DNA of 64,000 nt from Octopus sinensis (GCF_006345805.1 NC_043000.1:6448001-6512000), one strand, 5' to 3'; positions 39,249-52,849 are shown, numbered from the stretch's first letter. A program made the numbers and translations. The notes: generated from the letters alone by a model not told the origin.

Positions 39249-40092
39249 TATGTTTGACTTTTGCTTTATGTCAGGTATTGTTTTAGTCTTCAGCTTCCAC
39301 ATTTTGCTGATTTCTATTTCAAGATCTTTATATTTGCTCAGTTTTTGGTAGGTCTTGACAGATACGTTTATATCGATTGGGACAGTCATATCAATGAGGA
39401 GGCATGTTCTTTGTCTGAAGTCTTTCAATATGATGTCTGGCCTATTTGCATCTATCTTCCTGTCAGTTTGAATGGTGAAGTTCCAGGGGAGTGAGATGTG
39501 GTCATCTTCAAGCACTGGAGGTGGATTGTGTTCCCACCAGTTTTTTTCATGGGGCCAATCCAGGTTTTTGCAAATTACCCAGTGAATATATTGTGCAGCT
39601 CTATCATGCCTACTGAGGTACTCTGTAGGCGCTAGAAGACTGCATTTGGAGACAACATGATCAATGGTTTCATTTTGTTGTCAGCATACACGACATGTTG
39701 GGCTACTGCCGTTCTTTAATATGTTGGCCTGATAGTTTCTTGTTGGTAGGCATTGATCTTGAGCTGCTATAATAAACCCCTCTGTTTCAGATTTTAAGCC
39801 AGAGACCATAAGCCATTGATGGGTCAGGGCTTTGTCGATATCTGCATTATTTGCTCTCTTTGGGTATTTGCCATAGAGAGGTTTTTCTTGCCATTTATTA
39901 TTCAGAATATCTAAGGCCGCAGTTTTGGCACGGGTTTTCATGTGCCTAGCTTTTTCTGTGCTTGTTTCTTGTATGTCTATCTCTAATTCCGAAATTGGTT
40001 GTATTCGGAATTATCTTAGATATTCCTTTGCCTGTTTTGTGACTGAGTATGATGCTTTCTTGTTTTCATGTTTTGAGACAAGTTTTAACATC

Positions 40093-40093
<1 letters not shown>
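39249..40093 (-). mobile_element. Dong/R4-like LINE 3' fragment (CCHC zinc knuckle plus RLE) flanked by (TAA)n
   Basis: LKSETEGFIIAAQDQCLPTRNY...CRVC...ETIDHVVSKC...RHDR...QTDRKIDANRPDII...LLIDMTVP...KYKDL. It has an internal deletion relative to 36497-36900 and the same 3' terminus. Confidence 0.9.
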
Positions 40094-40137
<44 letters not shown>

Positions 40138-40425
40138 CATTATTATTATTATTATTAATTATTATTATTATTATTATTAATTGTTAATTATTATTAATTA
40201 TTATTATTATTAAGGTGGTGAGCTGGCAGAATTGTTAGCATGCTGGGCAAGATGCTTAGTGGCATCTTCTCCTTCTTTATGTTTTGAGTTCAAATTCTGC
40301 TGAGGTTGACTTTGCCTTTCATCCTTTTGGGATCGATAAATTAAGTACTAGTCAAGTACTGGCATCAATGTAATTGACTTACCCACTTCACAGAAATTTC
40401 AGGCCTTGTGCCTATAGTTGAAAGG

Positions 40426-40481
<56 letters not shown>

Positions 40482-40483
<2 letters not shown>

Positions 40484-41771
40484 GAACACTAACAGCTTAT
40501 TTTGTGGGTATGATAGAAAGTTTCAGCTGTCTGTGGACAGCAGACTAAGGTGGCACTTGTTTACTGGTCATGTTTCAAGAATCCTACAAAGAATTCTTGC
40601 AGTTCTAAGCAATGTTGATTTTTGTAGGTGTTCTATCTTCACACTTATACCAATCTTTTTTAGCCATGTTGGTAGGGGAATGCTGATACTTCCAAGTGGT
40701 AGTTGAGCATTGATCATTATTATTGTTGTTGTTGTTATTTACTTTCAGTCTGCATGTTTGTTTCAGTCACTTGTTCCCTAGGACAAGTGAAGGTTAAGAG
40801 ATGTTACCCAGTTCCCTAAGGCAGGTGAAGGTTAAGAGATTTTACAGTATAACTGAAAGCCTGGGGAGAGCAGTAGCAAAATACCTCTGTATAATACAAT
40901 ATAAGCATTTAAATTGATAAGGTTTTTCTAAGGATGTGGGCAGTACTTGTCAGCATAATCTTTTGGATTTCTTTGAGACATGGTTCTCCTGGGATGTTGT
41001 CTAGATGTTTCTGACATCCCTTTTTCTTTTATTATATCTAGGGCACCTACAATAACAGGAACAGTTTTTGCTTTAAGATGCCACATCTGTTTTATTTCAA
41101 TTTCCAGGTCCTTATATTTATTAAGTTTGTCAAATTCCTTTACAGATATATTTTTATCAGTGGGAACACTTACATTTATTAGTCTACAAGTATCTTCTTC
41201 CCTGTCTTTAATAATTATGTCTGATCAATTAACCTGGATTGTTCTGTCAGTATTGACTGGAAAATCCCAGAAGATGGTAACATTTTTACCTTCAATGACT
41301 GGCTCAGGATGATGGTCATACTAGTTAGTAGGAGTGCTGATTTGTAGTGTTTACATATTTTCCAATGTAAATAATGTCCTACCCTACCATGGCAATTTTT
41401 GTATTCATTTGATGTCAGCACAGGACATCCTGAAATGAGATGATCTATTGTTTTGTCAAATGTGTAGCAGAATCTGCTGTTAGGGTCAATACCATTTTGG
41501 AGAACATTAGCCTGATCATTTCTGGCAAGCAAGCTTTGATCTTGTGCAGCCAATATGAAGCCTTCAGTTTCTGATTTCAATCCTGATCTTCTCAGCCATA
41601 GATGGGCTATTGCTTGGTCTACATCAGCATTTTGACTTCAAAGAATATATTGTGCACACAGGGCTTCTGGCTCCACTACTCCTCAATTTTGGTTCTGCCC
41701 ATTCTTTTTTGCAGTCTGCATGAATTGTTATTATCATTACTATTATTATTATTATTATATTATTATTATTA

Positions 41772-41809
<38 letters not shown>

Positions 41810-43075
41810 GAACACTAACAGCTTATTTTGTGGGTATGATAGAAAGTTTCAGCTGTCTGTGGACAGCAGACTAAGGTGGCACTTGTTTACTGGTCATGTT
41901 TCAAGAATCCTACAAAGAATTCTTGCAGTTCTAAGCAACGCTGATTTTTGTAGGTGTTCTATCTTCACTCTTATACCAATCTTTTTTAGCCATGTTGGTA
42001 GGGGAATGCTGATACTTCCAAGTGGTAGTTGAGCATTGATCATTATCATTGTTGTTGTTGTTGTTGTTGTTATTTACTTTCAGTCTGCATGTTTGTTTCA
42101 GTCACTTGTTCCCTAGGACAAGTGAAGGTTAAGAGATGTTACCCAGTTCCCTAAGGCAGGTGAAGGTTAAGAGATTTTACAGTATAACTGAAAGCCTGGG
42201 GAGAGCAGTAGCAAAATACCTCTGTATAATACAATATAAGCATTTAAATTGATAAGGTTTTTCTAAGGATGTGGGCAGTACTTGTCAGCATAATCTTTTG
42301 GATTTCTTTGAGACATGGTTCTCCTGGGATGTTGTCTAGATGTTTCTGACATCCCTTTTTCTTTTATTATATCTAGGGCACCTACAATAACAGGAACAGT
42401 TTTTGCTTTAAGATGCCACATCTGTTTTATTTCAATTTCCAGGTCCTTATATTTATTAAGTTTGTCAAATTCCTTTACAGATATATTTTTATCAGTGGGA
42501 ACACTTACATTTATTAGTCTACAAGTATCTTCTTCCCTGTCTTTAATAATTATGTCTGATCAATTAACCTGGATTGTTCTGTCAGTATTGACTGGAAAAT
42601 CCCAGAAGATGGTAACATTTTTACCTTCAATGACTGGCTCAGGATGATGGTCATACTAGTTAGTAGGAGTGCTGATTTGTAGTGTTTACATATTTTCCAA
42701 TGTAAATAATGTCCTACCCTACCATGGCAATTTTTGTATTCATTTGATGTCAGCACAGGACATCCTGAAATGAGATGATCTATTGTTTTGTCAAATGTGT
42801 AGCAGAATCTGCTGTTAGGGTCAATACCATTTTGGAGAACATTAGCCTGATCATTTCTGGCAAGCAAGCTTTGATCTTGTGCAGCCAATATGAAGCCTTC
42901 AGTTTCTGATTTCAATCCTGATCTTCTCAGCCATAGATGGGCTATTGCTTGGTCTACATCAGCATTTTGACTTCAAAGAATATATTGTGCACACAGGGCT
43001 TCTGGCTCCACTACTCCTCAATTTTGGTTCTGCCCATTCTTTTTTGCAGTCTGCATGAATTGTTATTATCATTAC

Positions 43076-43105
<30 letters not shown>
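40482..43105 (-). repeat. Near-identical tandem duplication (~1.33 kb x 2) of two Dong/R4-like 3' fragments bounded by (TTA)n
   Basis: Units start at 40482 and 41808 and give identical ORF translations (MKSETEGFILAAQDQSL...). They differ by a few substitutions and by (GTT)n/(TTA)n length. Confidence 0.92.
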
Positions 43106-43108
<3 letters not shown>

Positions 43109-43639
43109 GGCACTGAGCTGGCAGATTTATTAGCACACCGAACAAAATGCTTAGCAGCATTTCATCTGGTTTTATGTTCTGAGTTCAAATTCTGCTAAGG
43201 ACGACTTTGCTTCTCATCCTTTCAGGCTCAATAAAATAAGCACCAATTGAGTATTAGGGTCAATGTAATTAACTTACTCCCTCCCAGAAATTGCTGGCCC
43301 TGTGCCAAAATTTGAAATTATTATTATTTAGGTAGTGAGTTTGTAGAATCATTAGTAGACCAGATATTCTGCCCATCTTCATGCTCTGAGTTAACATTCT
43401 GGCAAGGTTGACTTTGCCTTTCATCCTTTTGGGGTCAATGAAATAAGTACCAGCTGCATACTGAGATCAATGTAATCAAATAGCCCCCCCCCCCAACATT
43501 TCAGACCTTGTTCCTATAATAGAAAAGATTGTTATTATCATTGTTTTAATGTGTTTATATTATTTTTATTTCTTTCACAGCTAGGGTTTCCAATATTTAA
43601 ATTTATTTCATTCTTGACTTCTGCAGTGTTATGAATCTC

Positions 43640-43682
<43 letters not shown>

Positions 43683-44004
43683 GTGTGTGTGTGTGTGTGT
43701 ATGTGTGTGTGTGTGTGCGTATGTATTTTTTTCAATGTATACAAATAACAAGGAAAAATAAATAAATAGTTACCAAGGTAGCAAAAATTCCCATAAGTGC
43801 CAAGAATATTTACAGCCTAATTATAAAGGTATAAATACCAGGGTTAAGTGAAATGATTTAGTATAACATGGATAAGTTAATATGTATGTATGTATGTATG
43901 AGGGAGAGAGGTGGGAAAATGAGAGAGAGAGAGAGAGAAGGGTAGCGGTGGTGGAGAGAGAACGTTTAGAATGTAACAATATCATAAAATATTGTCTTTG
44001 TTAC

Positions 44005-44122
44005 CTGTACAATTTGTCTCTTTACTTAATACCGGCAGACCAGTTATCTGTGTTAACTTGAAGTATAGTTTTTCAGCTGTCGGTAAGTACGTCAGACATA
44101 TGTATGCCTCACCGAGGGAATC
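44005..44122 (-). CDS. Synaptotagmin-family gene, exon D (start of C2B); absent from the ORF track
   Basis: cttttcttttgacag|GAT TCC CTC GGT...TGT ACA G|gtaac gives DSLGEAYICLTYLPTAEKLYFKLTQITGLPVLSKETNCT. This matches the synaptotagmin C2B 'GE...L.YLPTA..L' start. Phases 0/1 fit both neighbouring exons. Confidence 0.92.
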
Positions 44123-46283
44123 CTGTCAAAAGAAAAGAGCTTTTGTACAAAACAATTCAGAGGACAAAGTATAAATTGTATTTAATGAAGAGAAGAAAAA
44201 AGAAAGAAAGAGAGAAGCACACTGTGAGGGAGAGAGAGAAAGAGAGAGAGAGTCTTTTCGAATGAATGAGATTGACAGAAGGAAGAAATGGGAATTAGAT
44301 GAAATGTCAGTGTAAAACAAAGAGTGGTACATGAACAGATTACATAATAAGGTACGAAATAAAGTTGTCACAGCTTGGGAAGCTGTGAATGGCGACATTA
44401 TTATTATTATTCATCTCTTACGTTTGGCTTCTCGTGGCTCTGTCCCCGTGAGAACAACCCTTCTTGCTTCATGTAGAGAATAGATATTGTTCTTGGTATT
44501 TTTGTTCAGCCTCAGGTAGATCCCGATCGAGCAATGCTGTGATGAAAGTCTTCTAGTCATTACCATCTTGACTACCTTTCAGACAGGGTATCCACGACTG
44601 AACCGTGCCTTACCTTTGTTTTATTATTATGCTTGTTGGTTTGTTGGGTTTTTTTTCAGTAAGAATGTGTGATTCAGGGGTTTAGCTGTAATATCTAGAG
44701 ATCGAGTAAGACCACTCAGTGGATCTTTCGTTAATGCAAGCAAAACAACAAATGTTTTGCTGATATTATTTCAGCCCAGGTCGCCTTGACCTAGTAGTCT
44801 TTGTGATCAAAAGCGTTCTTGCCATAAACCACAAGGTGCTTTTTTTACTTTTTTTTTTTAGGGATATACATTCAGTCGGGTCTGGCAGATGACCATATAG
44901 AAACTTTTGGTGCATGGACAACATTTGAACTGTGTAGAAAATGAGCGAAGAAGTTTGTTTCACAAGCATTAGATCTCAGTGTTACTTTGGGTAACAAGTG
45001 TCTTGTTGAATCCTTGGGCCAACCTAAGCCAGCAACCCGAAACTAGTGATCCCCTTCCCCCACCCTCATAACTTTCAGAAAAATGCATTTTTTATTTTTT
45101 CTTCAATGAAATTTTCAGCAAATACGCTTTAAGTGTTGATTGGTCTAGCACACTTGCATACTGAAACACGAAACCTGAAATTTTGATAAAAAAAATGTGA
45201 GGTGAATGTGTGATAATTCACCATATTTTTTTTCAGATTAAATTCACATTTTTGTCACATATAATCTTAATCTACACAATCTGAAAGGTGTTGGTAGAAA
45301 ATTTCATTAACAAGTATCCGTTTTTCTGAAAGTTATGAGGAAACAAAACTATAGTGTCTGTGTGTGTGGTGGGGAGGGCATTGGAAGTGGAATTGGGGAG
45401 ACAGAAACAGTGGAAGTCTACTGGACAAATTGTCCCTAAAAATTTGGAAGTCCAGCCTTGTGTGTGTGTGTGTGTGTGATGTGTGTGTGTGTTTTTACAC
45501 ATTTTCTTCAGGACTTATTTAAGTTTTTCCATTGGAAGAATTCAAGCAGACTACCAAACCATATGTCAAGGCTCTTTTGTTTCATTAAAGACAAGTGTTG
45601 GAGATTTGTGGTTGTCTGAATCAATTGATGTGTATATATACGCATGTTTGTGCTCACCATTAACTTGTATTTGTGTGGGACACATGTGTTACACTTCAGT
45701 AGAACACTGACTGTGCTTCATATATTTGACACTTTAGTTTATACAAGTGTTTGCACTTCTCCCTTGTATGTATGTGTGTGCGTGTGTATGTGTGTGTGTG
45801 TACAAGCATGTGTTTATGCATTCCATATGTATCTGTGAATGTATACATATATTATCTGACCAGAAAACTCACGTGAATGTGAGCGGTCCCGAGAGCATTT
45901 TATACGTTATGCATATATTTGTAAATCTTTTGCCAATGTATAAATGAATGCAGGATGTAAACCTCAGTGATAAAATCTATAAAACAGCAATTTCCAGTAA
46001 AAATGTCTTGTGATATTTGTTCCACATGGTTTGCCCAGACACTCCCTTGTTGCTAACTCATGCCAGTGGAGGTGTAATGAACCAGCAATTGGCCCATCTG
46101 AAACTTGCAACCAGCAAAACTTGTTCACAAGATATAATATATTTTCTTTTTAACCACAGGGTTTCAGGTTCAATCCTATTGCATGCCACTTTTGTTAATT
46201 GTCTACTGACATAACCTCAAGTTGACCCAAACTTTGCAAGTAAAACTGAGTAGATGGAAAATGAAAACTGTACAGTAGGCCCT

Positions 46284-46510
46284 TAACCCTTTCGATACCA
46301 ACCTGGCTGAAACCAGCTCTGGCTCTGAGTACAAATGCCTTGTTTTCATAAGTTTTGAATTAAAATCTTCCACCAAACCTTAGTCACAATTCATGTTCCT
46401 AACACTAGCTTAATGGTAACCAAGTTATTTTATTAAATTCTTTGTTATATTTAAAGTAATTGAAACAAACACAGAGCATCTCAAAATAAATACGGTAACG
46501 AAAGGGTTAA
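46284..46510. mobile_element. piggyBac-type MITE
   Basis: TTAA|ccctttcgatacc...ggtaacgaaaggg|TTAA. Related decayed elements lie at ~20097-20366, ~24092-24884 and ~59008-59397. Confidence 0.8.
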
Positions 46511-47103
46511 ATGGACTCTACCCATTTTTGATGGTAGACTGCATTCATCAGCCAGTTTAACATTACCACTTGGCCCTTGAATGCTTCTAGCAGAGTCTAC
46601 TACATTGTAAGCATCCAGACCAGTTTGCCAACCTAAGAACAATTCACAAATCATGTTTCTGCATGTTTCTGCTTATTTTTTTGTCTTAATAGCCTCAGAG
46701 GCCCAGTACAAAAGGTTTTAAACACTGCCCTCCTTGTATATGTTTTAAACATCTAACCCAGTGGTTCTCAACCAGGGAGGGTCCATATAAGATTTTATTG
46801 TTAAAATTTACATGCAATAAATTGTTTATACTTCTACAATACACAATTAATTCTTTTTTTATACAATTCCTAATAATATTTAATTATAAAAATACAGTAT
46901 ATATATATATATATATATATACTTATATATATTCTTGTATTTCTTTTATTTGTTTCAGTCATTTGACTGTGGCCATGCTGGAGCACCACCTTTAGTCGAG
47001 CAAATCGATCCCAGGACTTATTCTTTCTAAGTCTAGTACTTATTCTATCGGTCTCTCTTGTCGAACCACTAAGTGACAGGGTTGTGAACACACCAGCATC
47101 AGT

Positions 47104-47134
<31 letters not shown>

Positions 47135-47296
47135 CGACAGGCATCTTTCAGTTTCCATCTACCAAATCCACTCACAAGTCTTTATAGTGGCCCGGGGCTA
47201 TAGTAGAAGACACTTGCCCAAGGTGCCACGCAGTGGGACTGAACCCAGAACCATGTGGTTGGTAAGCAAGTTACAGCCACTCCTGCACCTATATAT

Positions 47297-47344
<48 letters not shown>

Positions 47345-48137
47345 CATGTATGTATGCATGTATGTATATATATATTGAATAGCTATGGAGGTCCAATCAA
47401 GTAAAATAGGAATATAGAAATCAAAGGGGTCTGTAGGTAAAAAAAAATGATTGAAAAACACTAAACTAAGCTAAAGTAGGCTAGTTTCTGGGTTAACCCA
47501 TGTGACTATAAAGTAAGTCAGCTCCTGCTTCCTGGTGGGCCTCAACAGATGGTGAACTGTATGGACTGTACCAAATTCTTCTATATATGGTGATATCTGT
47601 TCACCTTTTTTGTGTCTGCTGATATACAGCATTCTCCCCCAAGCCCCACACCCACTCATGAGATTAACCTATTTTGGGGTTTGTTTACTTGTTTTTTTTT
47701 TATCATCTCATGTATTGCATTATGCACTAAATGAGGGGAATATTGTTCAAATGAGGGATTTCATATTCTTTACTTTCAGATATCTTGGTGTGCTTGTTTA
47801 TATATCACTGCAACGAATGGAGGGGTTAAGGGGCTGTTAGATGGCTCTTTTATGCTTTTAAGGTCATATTGCTTTTCGTGATAATGCTATATTACGCAGT
47901 TGTTTTTACTTAAAAAAATATTAAATTGTTTTTATGGTAGGTGGAGTTGCAGCTGTGCAGTTGAGAAGCTTGCTTCCCAATTATGTGGTTTCAGGTTCAG
48001 TCCCACTGCATGGTACCTTAGGCAAATGTTTTCTTCTGTAGCCCTAGGCCACTCAAAGCCTTCTGAATGGATATGACTGAAGGACACTGAAAGAATGCCA
48101 TTGTATATCTATGCATATATATGTATATATATATATA

Positions 48138-49467
48138 AGTAGTTGATAGTTTCCGTTACCTAGGTGACCAAGTCAGTAGCGGGGGTGGGTGCGCTGAAAG
48201 TATAACTGCTAGAGTAAGAATAGCCTGGGCAAAGTTTAGAGAGCTCTTACCCCTGCTGGTGACAAAAGGCCTCTCGCTCAAAGTAAAAGGCAGACTGTAT
48301 GATGCATGTGTACGTACAGCCATGCTACATGGTAGTGAAACTTGGGCTGTGACTGCTGAGGATTTGCGTAAGCTCGCAAGAAATGAAGCTAGTATGCTCC
48401 GATGGATGTGTAACGTCAGTGTTCATAATCAACAGAGTGTAAGTACCTTGAGAGAAAGTTGAACCTAAGAAGCATCAGTTGTTGTGTGCAAGAGAGACGT
48501 ATGCGCTGGTATGGTCATGTGATGAGAATGGCTGAAGATAGTTGTGTGCGAAAGTGCCACACCCTGGCAGTTGAGGGGACCTGTGGAAGAGGTAGACCCA
48601 GGAAAACCTGGGTCGAGGCGGTGAAGCACGACCTTCGAACTTTAGGTCTCACCAAGGAAATGACCAGTGACCGAGACCTTTGGAAGTATGCTGTGCGTGA
48701 GAAAACCCAGCAAGACCAGTGAGAACAGTCAAAATCAAAATCAAACCAAATTGAGGTCGATCAACATCAGGGCCCCCGTGCAGGTGACACGTAAAAGCAC
48801 CATCCGTTCGTGGCCATTTGCCAGCCCTGTCTGGCCCCCATGTCGGTGACATGTAAAAGCACCATCCGTTCGTGGCCGTTTGCCAGCTCTGTCTGGCCCC
48901 CGTGCCGGTGACACGTAAAAGCACCATCCGTTCGTGGCCGTTTGCCAGCCCTGTCTGGCCCCCATGTCGGTGACATGTAAAAGCACCATCCGTTCGTGGC
49001 CGTTTGCCAGCCCTGTCTGGCCCCCATGTCGGTGACATGTAAAAGCACCATTCGTTCGTGTCCGTTGCCAGCCTCGCCTGGCCCCTGTGCCGGTGACACG
49101 TAAAAGCACCATCCGTTTCGTGGCCGTTTGCCAGCTCTGTCTGGCCCCCGTGTTGGTGGCACGTAAAAGCACCATCCGTTCGTGTCCGTTGCCAGCCTTG
49201 CCTGGCCCCGTGCCGGTGACACGTAAAAGCACCATCCGTTCGTGGCCGTTTGCCAGCTCTGTCTGGCACCTGTGCGGGTGGCACGTAAAAAGCACCCACT
49301 ACACTCACGGAGTGGTTGGCGTTAGGAAGGGCATCCAGCCGTAGAAACACTGCCAGATCTGACTGGGCCTGATGAAGCCTTCCAGCTTCACAGACCCCAG
49401 TTGAACCGTCCAACCCATGCTAGCATGGAGAACGGACGCTAAATGATGATGATGATGATGATGATGA
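48138..49467 (+). mobile_element. RTE LINE 3' portion with expanded ~60-bp tandem repeat in the 3' UTR
   Basis: VVDSFRYLGD...LSLKVKGRLYDACVRTAMLHGSETWAV...MRWYGHVMRM...GRGRPRKTW, then about 9 repeat units at 48775-49295 and a (GAT)n tail. Inserted in (TA)n. Confidence 0.92.
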
Positions 49468-50277
49468 TATATATATATATATATATAGTTAATCCAAACA
49501 TGAACAGGCAAGAAAAATCAACATGAGGACGTGGAATAAGTACAGTGTTATTGGACGCTCAGGAAAGAAAGAAAAGAAAGAGTATTATTTCACATTTTGA
49601 GCAGAGTTCTTCATCAGAAATAGAGAAAAAGTCCAAAGAAAGAAAGAAGGAGAAAGAAAATCACCAACGATTCACACACGGTCACATATTGAAATGTATA
49701 TATATATAATATGGTGGCACGTAAAAAGCACCCACTACACTCTCGGAGTGGTTGGCGTTAGGAAGGGCATCCAGCCGTAGAAACACTGTCAGATTTGACT
49801 GGGCCTGATGAAGCCTTCTGTTTACTGCTGTGATTTTTGCTACTAAGGTATCGGTTAAACTTTTGATTAATCTACTACAAGATTATTCATCTTTCTATTT
49901 CACATATATATATATATATATATAATCCATTTGTGACCGTTGCCAGTGCCGTCCCGACTGGCCTCGTGCCGGTGGCACATAAAAAGCACCATCCATTTGT
50001 GGCTGTTGCCAGCCTCACCTGGCCCCCGTGCCGGTGGCACATAAAAAGCACCATCCGATCGTGGCCGTTTGCCAGACTCGTCTGGCACGTAAAAAGCACC
50101 GACTACACTCATGGAGTGGTTGGCGTTAGGAAGGGCATCCAGCCGTAGAAACATTGCCAGATCAAACTGGGCCTGGTGCAGCCTTCTGGCTTCCCAGACC
50201 CCAGTTGAACCGTCCAACCCATGCTAGCATGGGAAGCGGATGCTAAATGATGATGATGATGATGATGATATATATAT

Positions 50278-51111
50278 AGGATCTTTTCCTTTTGAACGGC
50301 ACATGTCAACACAATTTCTAGTTAACTAAATACTTTTAAACTTCGTATACTGGTAGAATGTGTTTATAAACATCATTTTTTCTTGGCTTTATTGAGAAAA
50401 TTCTATAGTTTGTAAGATATTTCGTCTGAAATTTCAAGCATTTCGGCAATTTTAACCAATTGCTGACCTCCATTTGGGGTGAAAACATTCCGTGCTGTAT
50501 GAATATGTCTCTCGTTTAAGAAACAGATTGGGTTTATTTACATTTGCAAAGAAAAATAGATACCCTTCCCCCACCCCTAACCCTAACCCTAACCCTAACT
50601 CTAACCCTAAATCTAAAATAGATTGAAATGCAATAGATCGATACTAGGGGTATAATTATGAGTGACAATTTCATACAACACCGCTACAGAAAATGGGATT
50701 TTTTTCTAGCGGTGTCAAATGAAAATGTCACCCATAATTATACCCCTAGTATCGATCTATTGCATTTCAATCTATTTTAGATTTAGAGTTAGAGTTAGGA
50801 TTAGGGTTAGGGGTGGGGGAAGGGTATCTTTTTTCTCTTCGCAAATGTAAATAAACCCAATCTGTTTCTTAAACGAGAGACATATTCATACAGCACGGAA
50901 TGTTTTCACCCCAAATGGAGGTCAGCAATTGGTTAAAATTGCCGAAATGCTTGAAATTTCAGACGAAATATCTTACAACATATAGAATTTTCTCAATAAA
51001 GCCAAGAAAAAATGATGTTTTATAAACACATTCTACCAGTATATGAAGTTTAAAAGTGTTTAGTTAACTAGAAATTGTGTTGACATGTGCCGTTCAAAAG
51101 GAAAAGATCCT
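50278..51111. mobile_element. ~830-bp palindromic (fold-back) MITE-like element containing (CCCTAA)n/(TTAGGG)n
   Basis: TA|ggatcttttccttttgaacggcac...gtgccgttcaaaaggaaaagatcc|TA. The arms are ~410 bp and near-identical, centred at ~50695. Telomere-like repeats lie at 50575-50610 and ~50780-50812. Confidence 0.88.
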
Positions 51112-51127
51112 ATATACATATATTATA

Positions 51128-51440
51128 TATACAGTGTACATTTAAATACATGTGATGGCCATAATCGGACATCTAAACTGCTAGAAGGAGTAGTTAAAAT
51201 CCAAACCAGGAAATCGATGGTAAATGTTTTTATTTTTCATCCCCTTTTGAAACTACCCCTAATTGTGGTTTGGATTTTAACTACTCCTTCTAGCGGTTTA
51301 GATCTCTGATTATGGCCTTCTCTTATGTGTTTAAATGTACACTGTATATATAATGAATAATATATAGTCTATTGACTAGTTTTTCTACACGGTAGGCCAC
51401 GGTGGTAAAAAATTTCTAAATAATATTTTACTACTCTGAA

Positions 51441-51445
<5 letters not shown>
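51128..51445. repeat. Inverted-repeat element in (TA)n, Penelope-tail-like
   Basis: 51128-51208 is the reverse complement of ~51266-51350. The downstream tail resembles 16230-16305. Confidence 0.6.
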
Positions 51446-51504
<59 letters not shown>

Positions 51505-51508
<4 letters not shown>

Positions 51509-52448
51509 CCATGCTACATGGCAGTGAAACATGGGCTGTGACTGCTGAGGATATGCGTAAGCTTGCAAGAAATGAAGCCAGTATGCTCCGATGAATGTGT
51601 AATGTCAGTGTTCATACTCGACAGAGTGTAAGTACCTTGAGAGAAAAGCTGGACCTAAGAAGCATCAGATGTGGTGTGCAAGAGAGACGTTTGTGCTGGT
51701 ATGGTCATGTGACGAGATTGGATTAAGATAGTTTTGTGAAAAAGTGCCACACCCTAGCGGTTAAGGGAACCTCTGGAAGAGGCAGACCCAGGAAAACCTG
51801 GGATGAGGTGGTGAAGCATGGCCTTCGAACTTTAGGTCTCACTGAGGAAATGACTAGAGACCGAAACCTCTGGAAGTATGCTGTGCGTGAGAAGACCCGG
51901 CAGGACAAGTGAGGTCATAACCCGTGGCCTTCTACACGGGATGAATCCAGTCCACTTATGCATACCTTCCCTTCTTGGGACACAAAACTCTACTTGTGAA
52001 GACCTGTTGAGGCAAGTGAGAATCAGAATCGAAATCGATCAATGGAAATTGCAGCTGAGATACCAGTGCCGGTGGCACGTAAGAGAACCATCCGAACGTG
52101 GCCGTTGCCAGCGCCGCCTCAACTGGCCTTGTGCCGGTGGCACGTAAAAAGCACCATCCATTCGTGGCCGTTGCCAGCCTCGCCTGGCCCCTGTGCCGGT
52201 GGCACATAAAAAGCACCATCCGATTGTGGCCGTTTGCCAGACCCGTCTGGCACCTGTGCCGGTGGCACGTAAAAAGTACCCACTACACTCATGGAGTGAT
52301 TGGCGTTAGGAAAGGCATCCAGCCGTAGAAACATTGCCAGATCAGACTGGGCCTGGTGCAGCCTTCGGGCTTCCCAGACCCCAGTTGAACCGTCCAACCC
52401 ATGCTAGCATGGAAAGCGGACGCTAAACGATGATGATGATGATGATGA

Positions 52449-52451
<3 letters not shown>
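51505..52451 (+). mobile_element. RTE LINE 3' portion
   Basis: TAMLHGSETWAVTAEDMRKLARNEASMLR...WYGHV...GRGRPRKTW. The 3' UTR has fewer (about 4) repeat units and a (GAT)n tail. A further tail-only copy lies at ~49927-50268. Confidence 0.9.
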
Positions 52452-52482
<31 letters not shown>

Positions 52483-52763
52483 GTGCCTATATATTCTCTC
52501 TCTCTCTATATATATATATATGAAAAATAAGATGGTGCTGAAGAGTTCCTGACTTAAAAGGTATTACAAAAGGCCTGGTTGGAGGCCCAACCTTCTGAGT
52601 TCTTTTATAAGGCTTAGAAAAACTGAAGGACCACTGCAATAAGTATGTGAATCTGAGAGGGGAATATGTTGAATAAAATCATAATTAACTGATCCTCCTG
52701 TACATTCTTTTACCCATAGGCAGGAACTTTTCAGCACCTCCTCATATATAGTGTGACAGACAG

Positions 52764-52765
52764 AT

Positions 52766-52849
<84 letters not shown>

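Noticed and set aside
48649-49413. 254-aa and overlapping repeat ORFs
   Set aside because: They are antisense readings of the stop-poor tandem repeat in an RTE 3' UTR.
50575-50610. Chromosome end or telomere fusion
   Set aside because: Only about 5 imperfect repeats per arm, embedded symmetrically in a TIR-type element.
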